Source: Candidatus Scalinduaceae bacterium (GTDB lineage Bacteria > Planctomycetota > Brocadiia > Brocadiales > Scalinduaceae). From it: 14,010 nt of DNA. The stretch covers positions 1 to 14,010 of the forward strand of contig JBHICG010000077.1 of assembly GCA_046759445.1 (NCBI GenBank), written 5' to 3'. The position numbers were made by a program, and so were the translations under genes. The notes below the pieces were generated by a model. The model saw nothing but the letters and a program-made list of their open reading frames with translations. It searched no databases and was not told the DNA's origin. Shown here one piece after another: positions 7,562 to 14,010 of the stretch (its first letter is position 1; the number at the start of each line of letters is the position of its first letter).

Positions 7562-8122
7562 TTATTCAAATATAATACTATTAAAAATTGTATCAAAAAA
7601 TTGCTGATTAGCTTCATCAAACCTATCTACCGCAGTTCCACAAGTAATAAAGAAACCTCTTCCCCTGTAAGAAAATGCTACTTGGCGAAGCTTTCCTGAA
7701 ATGTTTCCCTTCATAAGATATATATGCTCCACCGCCATTTTGTCTTTCTGTTTACCTGTTTTTATGAAATTAACTGATACTCTACGATACCCAGGCATAG
7801 GCAAGTTGGGGTTGCTATCAAGATATGATTTGGTTTTTCTTATGTCGCTATCCGTTACTCTGGACTTACCACTGACGGATACATCAATATTCTCATCTGT
7901 AAAATCTGGATTAACTAGTTTTAGCAGAGTCCCTTTAGAGAATAAAGTGCTTAGAGGACCTGGATTCTCTACTGTATACATCTTCATTCCTTTTGGAATA
8001 TTAAAAGAAATCCCATATTTTTTATTCGTGTATATTTCGCTGCTTGTTTGTGGAATTGATATATTACAAATAACTAATAGGATGAAAACAGTTACAATTA
8101 TTAGCATTAATCTATGCTTCAT
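7562..8122 (-). CDS. Secreted PsbP/DcrB-like protein, paralogue of 5826-6401
   Basis: Signal peptide, YTNKKYGISFNIP motif, C-terminal FDTIFNSIIFE. ATG 8122 has an AAGGAG RBS and is preferred over 8152. Confidence 0.7.
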   Translation of the reverse strand: MKHRLMLIIVTVFILLVICNISIPQTSSEIYTNKKYGISFNIPKGMKMYTVENPGPLSTLFSKGTLLKLVNPDFTDENIDVSVSGKSRVTDSDIRKTKSYLDSNPNLPMPGYRRVSVNFIKTGKQKDKMAVEHIYLMKGNISGKLRQVAFSYRGRGFFITCGTAVDRFDEANQQFFDTIFNSIIFE

Positions 8123-8139
8123 GATTTTAATCTCCTTTT

Positions 8140-8407
8140 TCATAGCCAGCATGAGCAGAAAGAATCATTTCTTAGCCTTCTTCCAAACAACCTCTCAAGC
8201 TTTTTCATAAAACTATCATCACCACCTGTCTGCGTGCATACCTACCCCGATCACGGCAGACAGGCGAACACGCACAGGCAGGCACGGCCTTGCCGTCATT
8301 GAATATTTCCTTATGTTTCTTATGGTTTGTTCGTCATCTTTTTTTGAATGCTTCAACCAATCTTCTATCTCTTTTTCCAAATAACAACCTTGAGATAAAA
8401 TTAACAA
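8140..8407 (-). pseudogene. C-terminal remnant of a second RAYT-like transposase, interrupted by a 58-bp nested palindrome
   Basis: Deleting 8225-8282 restores ...EIEDWLKHSKKDDEQTIRNIRKYSMTARPCGDDSFMKKLERLFGRRLR, resembling the RAYT C-terminal pattern IR..T.TGRP.G...F...LE...GR.L. Confidence 0.65.
8225..8282. repeat. CCTGTCTG...CAGGCAGG palindromic element with a nested copy of the same family
   Basis: Outer CCTGTCTGCGTGCATA...CGAACACGCACAGGCAGG; inner CCTACCCCGATCACGGCAGACAGG (8241-8264). Related to 376-395. Confidence 0.8.
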
Positions 8408-8408
8408 T

Positions 8409-8430
8409 AATAGGCGCTATCCCTATTTTG
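8409..8430 (-). repeat. AATAGGGACA-type hairpin site
   Basis: Minus strand CAAAATAGGGATAGCGCCTATT (AATAGG/CCTATT stem), between the higA stop and the RAYT remnant. Confidence 0.6.
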
Positions 8431-8433
8431 TTC

Positions 8434-8844
8434 TCAGATGAAAGTAGCAGGAGAAACATTAAATCTCTTGCTTAAGGCTTTGATCTGCCTGACATTCAGT
8501 CTTCTTTGTCCGCTCAAGATTTCTGACACAATACCTTGACTACCAAGCTCCCTTAAATCACTTTGTTTTAAACCATGCTCTTCCATCAAGTATTTTAAAC
8601 AACCTATCGGATCTCCTTCCGGTTCAGGAATATTCCTATTCTCATAATCCTTAATTAAAGTTCCCAGGGTATCTATTAGTGACTCTATTGACGGATTTTC
8701 CGTTTCGCTAACTTCATCTATCAGTTTATTCAATAGCTTTACAACTTTTTTATAGTGGGCTTTCGTATTTATGGTTGATATCACTTTAGATACAGTAGGC
8801 CATACTTTTATCGTTTCTGTTAATTCTTGTTCTAAAACTTTCAT
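8434..8844 (-). CDS. higA: HigA-family antitoxin (C-terminal Cro/C1 HTH)
   Basis: L...I.DYE....P...DP...LKYLMEEHGLKQSDL..LGSQGIVSEILSG.R.LN.RQIKALS.RF.V. ATG 8844 overlaps the higB TGA (ATGA). Confidence 0.92.
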   Translation of the reverse strand: MKVLEQELTETIKVWPTVSKVISTINTKAHYKKVVKLLNKLIDEVSETENPSIESLIDTLGTLIKDYENRNIPEPEGDPIGCLKYLMEEHGLKQSDLRELGSQGIVSEILSGQRRLNVRQIKALSKRFNVSPATFI

Positions 8845-9134
8845 TTCCCCCCTTTCCATTTTCCTTTATCATATTCTTTATGTGTTAAAATGTTTCTTAT
8901 GTATATTCGTTTCTTATCATAAACAATATATGTTATAAGACTAAATTTATTGCCACCAATATTGAAAACTGTCAGTCTGCCTATTTGATCTGCATGAGGA
9001 AACATTTTTTGTAAATTTGAAAATGAGTCAAAGTCATTGAGTTTTACGATTCGATACCATCGATCTAACGGCTCGTAAACTTTTGGATGTTTATTACTGA
9101 AATCGAGCAATCGTTTACGGGTAATAACGTGCAT
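8841..9134 (-). CDS. higB: HigB-family toxin (RelE-superfamily mRNA interferase)
   Basis: MHVIT...L..F...HP.....L..WY, FP.AD....TVFNIGGNK, ILTHKEYDKGKWK. Toxin-first gene order. Confidence 0.93.
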   Translation of the reverse strand: MHVITRKRLLDFSNKHPKVYEPLDRWYRIVKLNDFDSFSNLQKMFPHADQIGRLTVFNIGGNKFSLITYIVYDKKRIYIRNILTHKEYDKGKWKGGK

Positions 9135-9139
9135 AAAAA

Positions 9140-9168
9140 AATATATCTCAATGCGAGATATCTGTCAA
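9140..9168 (-). promoter_or_regulatory. Sigma70 promoter of higBA with overlapping operator palindrome; probably leaderless
   Basis: TTGACA (9168-9163), 17-bp spacer, TATATT (9145-9140), then 5 nt to the ATG. Inverted repeat ATATCTC-N5-GAGATAT (9143-9161). Confidence 0.8.
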
Positions 9169-9217
9169 GAGATATTTACGTATGAACAAATCTTATTCTA
9201 AGTCTGGTAATTAATCT

Positions 9218-9295
9218 TCATAGTTTCTTTTGGACTTTCTCATTAGTCAATTCTCGTAAAGAATCGGAGGCAATCCAACGTTCAGCTTTTGAATA
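9218..9295 (-). pseudogene. 3' fragment of an AlkD-like DNA alkylation repair protein
   Basis: Reads YSKAERWIASDSLRELTNEKVQKKL*, resembling the ARWIASDALRELT.EKV C-terminus of that family. An in-frame stop lies immediately upstream. Confidence 0.55.
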
Positions 9296-9411
9296 TTAAA
9301 ATGGGGTATTGTTAAAATGATTAGAGATGCAAAAAATGTATGTGAAAAGCAGTCAACAGTTGTATATTATGCATGAATATTTTTGAACACATTAACTTTT
9401 ATAGACAAACT

Positions 9412-11355
9412 ATGACTGAAATATTATGGCAGCCCACGGTAGAAAAAATTAAGTCAACTCAACTAACCCATTTCATCCAAAGGATTCAACAAAAACATGG
9501 AATAGGTGATACTGATTTTTCCACACTTCACCAATGGTCGGTCTCCAACCCGGCTGAATTCTGGGAAGAAGTCTGGCAGGATTGCGGCATCATTGCCTCC
9601 GCACCATATAAATCAGTTATGGGAGAACGCTTAATGCCGGGCACAACATGGTTTGACGGCGCAAGGCTTAATTTTGCGGAGAATTTACTTAGATATCGTG
9701 AGCAGGAGCAAGAGGCAATCATATTTGTAGACGAACGCCAAAGGAACATGTGCCTGTCCTTTAAAGAACTTGCAGAACAAGTCGCAGGCTGTGCCGCGGG
9801 ATTGCGTGCGAATGGAGTTAGTGTGGGTGATAGAGTAGCCGCCGTAATTCCTAACTGCCCTGAAGCCGTAATAGCTGCCCTGGCTACCAGCAGCATAGGA
9901 GCTATTTGGTCTTCCTGTTCTCCGGATTTCGGTCTAAGTGGCATCTATGACAGGTTAGGACAAATTTCCCCTAAAGTCCTAATTACGGCCAATGCTTATT
10001 ATTACAATGGCAAAGAGTTTGACTGTCTGGAAAAAATTAAAGGAATATTGAAAAAAATTGCATCCGTTAAAACGGTCGTCATAATTCAATACACTGATAC
10101 TTCATATGCTTTATTTCCAAAAGGTCAGGCGTGGGAAGAATTTATTAACCACAAAGAGGCGGAATTGCCTTTTGAGCAGCTTCCATTCGATCACCCTTTA
10201 AGTATCCTTTACTCTTCAGGGACAACGGGTATTCCAAAATCAATCGTACATGGAGCGGGAGGAACTTTAATACAACATTTAAAAGAACACCGCCTTCATT
10301 GCGACCTAAGACCCGGTGATCGGTTGTTTTATTTTACCACCTGTGGTTGGATGATGTGGAACTGGCTCATAAGCGGTTTGGCATCAGGGGCCACCATCGT
10401 GCTTTATGACGGTTCACCTAGCTTTCCCGATATCAGTCATCTGTGGGAAATCCTCGAAAAATGGGGAATTACCCACTTTGGCACAAGCCCTAAATTCTTG
10501 GATGCTGTAAAAAAAGCAGACTATATTCCCAAAGATAAGTATTTATTCAATCCATTAAGAGTAATAATGTCTACAGGTTCGCCCCTGTCCGTCGAATTAT
10601 TTAAGTGGGTTTATCAAAATATCAAGGCGGATGTCCAGTTAGCTTCTATTTCCGGAGGGACAGACATTGTCAGTTGTTTTGTGCTTGGAAGTCCGAACCT
10701 ACCGGTCTACGCCGGTGAAATTCAAGCTAAAGGTTTAGGGATGGATGTTCATGCCTTTGATGAACAGGGAAATTCAGTAGTCGGCAGGAAAGGGGAGTTA
10801 GTTTGTACGACACCATTTCCTTCAATGCCGATTTATTTTTGGAACGATAAAGATGGCGAAAAATATCAGAAGGCTTATTTCAATAAGATTCCGGGTGTTT
10901 GGGCACACGGCGACTTTATCGAAATAACCCCCAGAGGAGGAGCCATAATTTATGGTAGAAGCGATACTACCCTTAATCCTGGTGGTGTGCGTATTGGAAC
11001 CGCAGAAATATACAGGCCTGTAGAAAAATTACCGGAAATTCTGGATAGTATTGTCATCGGTAAGAAATTTAAGGAAGATATAAAGGTTATACTATTTGTT
11101 GTCTTAAAAGAGGGCCTTAAACTGGATGATAATTTACGCGGAAAGATCAAAGCCATAATTCGTCAGGACGCTACTCCACGCCATGTGCCAGCGGCCATCT
11201 ACCAGGTTTCTGAAATACCTCGTACAATTAACGGAAAGAAAGTAGAAAAAGCAGTAACCCAAATTTTTCATGGTGAATGTGTTTTGAACACATCAGTCTT
11301 GTCAAATCCACATGCCTTGAAAGATTTTGAGAAACTCGTCCCAGAAGTTTCATAA
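9412..11355 (+). CDS. acsA: Acetoacetate--CoA ligase (acetoacetyl-CoA synthetase)
   Basis: WF.GARLNFAENLL, WSSCSPDFG, YSSGTTGIPKSIVHGAGG, FTTCGWMMWNW, SISGGTDIVSCF, GRSD.TLNPGGVRIGTAEIY, GKKVE. Start 9412 preferred; 9373 possible. Confidence 0.95.
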   Translation: MTEILWQPTVEKIKSTQLTHFIQRIQQKHGIGDTDFSTLHQWSVSNPAEFWEEVWQDCGIIASAPYKSVMGERLMPGTTWFDGARLNFAENLLRYREQEQEAIIFVDERQRNMCLSFKELAEQVAGCAAGLRANGVSVGDRVAAVIPNCPEAVIAALATSSIGAIWSSCSPDFGLSGIYDRLGQISPKVLITANAYYYNGKEFDCLEKIKGILKKIASVKTVVIIQYTDTSYALFPKGQAWEEFINHKEAELPFEQLPFDHPLSILYSSGTTGIPKSIVHGAGGTLIQHLKEHRLHCDLRPGDRLFYFTTCGWMMWNWLISGLASGATIVLYDGSPSFPDISHLWEILEKWGITHFGTSPKFLDAVKKADYIPKDKYLFNPLRVIMSTGSPLSVELFKWVYQNIKADVQLASISGGTDIVSCFVLGSPNLPVYAGEIQAKGLGMDVHAFDEQGNSVVGRKGELVCTTPFPSMPIYFWNDKDGEKYQKAYFNKIPGVWAHGDFIEITPRGGAIIYGRSDTTLNPGGVRIGTAEIYRPVEKLPEILDSIVIGKKFKEDIKVILFVVLKEGLKLDDNLRGKIKAIIRQDATPRHVPAAIYQVSEIPRTINGKKVEKAVTQIFHGECVLNTSVLSNPHALKDFEKLVPEVS

Positions 11356-11360
11356 GAAAA

Positions 11361-11503
11361 TTAACCACAGAGTACACAGAAAAACTACATTGTCATTCTC
11401 ACGAAAGTGGGAATCTGACATAGATTCCCGATCAAGATCGGGAATGACACTAAAAACAAGGTTTTGCAGAGAAACACGGAGCGACTTTTGGCTAGTGTGG
11501 TAA
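11361..11503. repeat. AACCACAGAG-type repeat region with a nested GTCATTC element
   Basis: TTAACCACAGAGTACACAGA (11361-11380), CAGAGAAACACGGAG (11467-11481) and a degenerate GTGTGGTAAA end. Confidence 0.55.
11391..11449. repeat. GTCATTCC-type palindromic REP-like element, copy 2
   Basis: TGTCATTC/GAATGACA termini; hairpins ATTCTCAC-GAAA-GTGGGAAT and ATTCCCGATC-AA-GATCGGGAAT. Lies between convergent genes, so it may also act as a terminator. Confidence 0.85.
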
Positions 11504-11507
11504 ATTT

Positions 11508-12263
11508 TTACGAATTTTCTTTATCTGATGAACCTGGAGCTACAATTTCAAAGTAATAACCGTAACCGACCTTTGATCTTAATGTAATTTCTCCAATACA
11601 GTAAAAGTACTTGCCGGGTTCAAGCACGATATGGCGTAAGCCTAATCTATTAGATATCTTTGAATATTCATCATCAATGTAATCGATGCTCCAATTTCCT
11701 GATTTATATATTATAGTATCTATAAGATTATTATTTTTAACCTTATAAAGTGTTTTACCCACTACGAGTGGACTTTCCTTTGAGTAATCAAGGATTATCA
11801 GTTTGCTATCCTTAATCTTTGTTGAGTTTCCTTTGACATAAAAACTAACGCTAATATCATCACGCTTTGAAAAATAACTTCTCTTTTCTATCTTCTCGTA
11901 ATCATTCTTTTCTACCACAAACATACCACCACTTTCGGGAAGCTTCCAGAAGGTTAAGTTTGGTAATGGGACTTCTGATACATTGCGTATGTTTAGGGGA
12001 AATTTTTGTGTTGCATAGCCTTTTTTACTAAACGATATTTCCACTTTTCCAGGATTATAACGTATATTATATTGGCCATTTTCATCAGTCTTTGCAGTAG
12101 TTTTATTGCCCTTTATCTTTACCTCAACGTCCTTCAGTGCATTTCCAAAGCTATCTACCACCTGTCCTTTTAATGTCCCCTGTTTAGAATATACTGTTGG
12201 ACAAAAAGTGATAATAATTAAGATTAGCATAAAGACAATTGTTAAAGCTCTTTCTTTCATCAT
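11508..12263 (-). CDS. Secreted protein with N-terminal carboxypeptidase-regulatory-like domain
   Basis: Signal peptide, then G.L.GQVVDS.G..L..VEV.I.G....A.TDENG.Y.I...PG...I.FSK.GY. Confidence 0.82.
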   Translation of the reverse strand: MMKERALTIVFMLILIIITFCPTVYSKQGTLKGQVVDSFGNALKDVEVKIKGNKTTAKTDENGQYNIRYNPGKVEISFSKKGYATQKFPLNIRNVSEVPLPNLTFWKLPESGGMFVVEKNDYEKIEKRSYFSKRDDISVSFYVKGNSTKIKDSKLIILDYSKESPLVVGKTLYKVKNNNLIDTIIYKSGNWSIDYIDDEYSKISNRLGLRHIVLEPGKYFYCIGEITLRSKVGYGYYFEIVAPGSSDKENS

Positions 12264-12375
12264 AATAATTACAAAAATTCAATGCGGAGTATGCGCGACA
12301 AAAGATGGTCGCGTTAGCCCGTTAAAAAAGCAAACGGACGTGCAGAGGAAATAATTATAAATGTTTTTCAATGAT

Positions 12376-12398
12376 ACTCCGTGTTTTTCCGTGGTTAA
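12376..12398 (-). repeat. AACCAC-type repeat arm
   Basis: Minus strand TTAACCACGGAAAAACACGGAGT; overlaps the stop of the 114-aa ORF. Confidence 0.65.
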
Positions 12399-12739
12399 CT
12401 CCTAAGATGCAACCATACAGTAAATAGAGGCAAGATGCCTACTGGAAGTGTTAAAACGCCCGTAAGAGCCATTAAGACAACTGCATAACTACTTTTAAAT
12501 TTAAACAAGATGCCAGAAATGATAGAAAGGCTTGCTATCATAATTGCAACGGCAGCCCAGAATATACTCATCGTTCTGCAAAAATTCCAGCACACAATAC
12601 TGCAATCTATATCAAAGATAGTCATAGGGTGAGGTTTCCACCAAAACAGGCAATACACTACACAATAAATAATAATAAATCCACTAAAAACAGGAAAAAG
12701 CCAGCTTATCTTTTGAAGTTTGGTTATAGCTTCCTTCAA
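12395..12739 (-). CDS. Hypothetical membrane protein (3 TM segments)
   Basis: 114-aa hydrophobic ORF, TTG start with a GGAG upstream. Confidence 0.65.
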   Translation of the reverse strand: MKEAITKLQKISWLFPVFSGFIIIYCVVYCLFWWKPHPMTIFDIDCSIVCWNFCRTMSIFWAAVAIMIASLSIISGILFKFKSSYAVVLMALTGVLTLPVGILPLFTVWLHLRS

Positions 12740-12775
12740 TCTCTTTCTCCCGCAAGTACTGTAAAAAAAAATTTT

Positions 12776-12803
12776 TTTACCACAAAGTCACTTGGACACA
12801 AAG
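12776..12803 (+). repeat. AACCAC-type repeat arm
   Basis: TTTACCACAAAGTCACTTGGACACAAAG, similar to 330-359. Confidence 0.6.
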
Positions 12804-12925
12804 AAAAATATTAATCAGTATAAAATATTTTAACATAACTAAAGCAACAATTAGTACTTTACAATCCAGACAGGAAATTGTAGATTAAGCCGAAAGCTCA
12901 ACTTATTTCATTCTTTTTTATAAAA

Positions 12926-13945
12926 TTGATGCCAAGAAAAATACAAAATAAACGTATAACTAAAGCCAGGCAGAAGAAGTCTCCGGGTTATAGTCTTCTA
13001 AAAGATTCCTTTGCATTTATTTCTGAAGGGCCAACTGCTTATAGCAAAGAAAAGACTTTTACCGTTTATTATGACGACCCAAAACGTTCAATAAAACTAT
13101 TAAAAGGTGATTGTATTAAGATATTGAACCAGGCAAGGGAAAATAGTGTTGATATGATATTTGCAGATCCTCCCTATTTTCTCTCTAATGGTGGAATTAC
13201 CTGTCATGCAGGAAAGATGGTCTCTGTAAATAAAGGTAAATGGGACAAATCAAAAGGTGTGGAAGAAAATCATGACTTTACCCTTGATTGGTTAAAGGCT
13301 TGCCAGCGTATTCTAAAACCCAGTGGAACTATCTGGGTTTCTGGAACAACACACATTATCTATTCAGTTGGCTTTGCCATGCAGGAACTTGGATATAAAA
13401 TTCTCAATGACATTATTTGGTATAAATACTCTGTTCAACCTAAACTTTCACGTAAACATCTTATTAACTCTACAGAGACATTTATATGGGCTGCTAAGAA
13501 TAAAAAGAGCAAACATTACTTTGATTATCAATTGATGAAGAAGTTTAACAATGGCAAACAAATGCGTAATTTATGGCGTTTTACTGACGAAGAAGAAGCG
13601 AAACAAGTCAATATTGTTAAAGGTTTAAAAGTTTTTTCATCAATTATAGATAAAAAGCGTATTAAGAAATACATCGTTCAAAGACCAACTGAACTCATTA
13701 AAAGAATCATTCTTGCATCAACAAAAGAAGGTGATTTAATATTAGACCCTTTCTGTAACGGTTCAGCAATTGGAATTGTAACAAGTCTACTCAATAGAAA
13801 ATACTTGGGTATTATGTTAAAAAATAAATCTCTGTTAAATGTTTATGTACAAGCTAATTCATGTGTGTCTAAAGATATGAAATTACAGAGTCAGCCAAAA
13901 AAGAAATTCGGTCAATCAAAAACAGTTATTTATCCCTGGCATTAG
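12926..13945 (+). CDS. Beta-class N6/N4 DNA methyltransferase (DpnA/M2.DpnII-like) with degenerate SAM-binding motifs
   Basis: SVDMIFADPPYFLSNGGITCHAGKMVSVNKGKWD and RILKP.GTIWVSGT.H are intact. Motif I reads DPFCNGSAIG, HPTQKP is replaced by YIVQRP, and GIE by GIM. Confidence 0.85.
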   Translation: MMPRKIQNKRITKARQKKSPGYSLLKDSFAFISEGPTAYSKEKTFTVYYDDPKRSIKLLKGDCIKILNQARENSVDMIFADPPYFLSNGGITCHAGKMVSVNKGKWDKSKGVEENHDFTLDWLKACQRILKPSGTIWVSGTTHIIYSVGFAMQELGYKILNDIIWYKYSVQPKLSRKHLINSTETFIWAAKNKKSKHYFDYQLMKKFNNGKQMRNLWRFTDEEEAKQVNIVKGLKVFSSIIDKKRIKKYIVQRPTELIKRIILASTKEGDLILDPFCNGSAIGIVTSLLNRKYLGIMLKNKSLLNVYVQANSCVSKDMKLQSQPKKKFGQSKTVIYPWH

Positions 13946-13971
13946 CCGATTTTAATTTTAGGCTTATCCGG

Positions 13972-14000
13972 TTGACTGCCGTAGATGCAAGATGTAGTAT
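13972..14000 (+). promoter_or_regulatory. Possible sigma70 promoter for a gene beyond the window
   Basis: TTGACT-N17-TAGTAT; consensus similarity only. Confidence 0.3.
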
Positions 14001-14010
14001 ATTGTGTCTA

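Noticed and set aside
5125..8433. Classical integron attC sites between cargo genes
   Set aside because: Only isolated GTTRRRY/RYYYAAC-like words (e.g. near 5810-5822 and 7161-7168); no paired R''/R' boxes with an intervening palindrome, and no integrase in the window.
5194..8475. + strand ORFs within the island (5194, 5412, 6446, 7701, 8114, 8290)
   Set aside because: Antisense to better-supported minus-strand genes or remnants; no recognisable motifs.
12294..12312. CGCGAC-N7-GTCGCG hairpin upstream of the 251-aa gene
   Set aside because: Single 6-bp stem with no U-tract or second copy; could be chance.
140..12803. CRISPR array or tRNA/ncRNA interpretation of the palindromes
   Set aside because: No regularly spaced identical repeats with spacers, no cas genes and no tRNA cloverleaf consensus.
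9528..13535. ORFs 9528-9944, 10950-11156, 12106-12354, 12629-12814, 13323-13535
   Set aside because: Overlap confident genes antisense or out of frame.

Overview
AT-rich bacterial window with three parts. (1) 1-4609: a + strand acyl-CoA metabolism cluster: 3' end of a B12-dependent acyl-CoA mutase large subunit, its cobalamin-binding small subunit, a thiolase-fold protein with Gly at the catalytic Cys position plus a DUF35 Zn-ribbon/OB partner, 3-hydroxybutyryl-CoA dehydrogenase and an MBL-fold hydrolase. An acetoacetate-CoA ligase follows at 9412-11355. (2) ~4645-9300: an accessory island between these genes. It holds two C-terminal remnants of RAYT/IS200-like (Y1 HUH) transposases, recurring short AATAGGGACA-type and AGATGTGACCCC-type sites, a co-oriented array of small secreted/membrane genes (ankyrin, two PsbP/DcrB-like paralogues, one frameshifted gene), a higBA toxin-antitoxin with a leaderless promoter and operator, and an alkD-like 3' fragment. 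(3) 11361-14010: two hypothetical genes bracketed by AACCAC-type repeat arms, and a DpnA-like beta-class DNA methyltransferase with an intact DPPY motif but a degenerate SAM-binding half. Several small palindromic element families occupy the intergenic spaces, some nested up to three levels deep. All family assignments come from motif recognition by eye; no searches were run.
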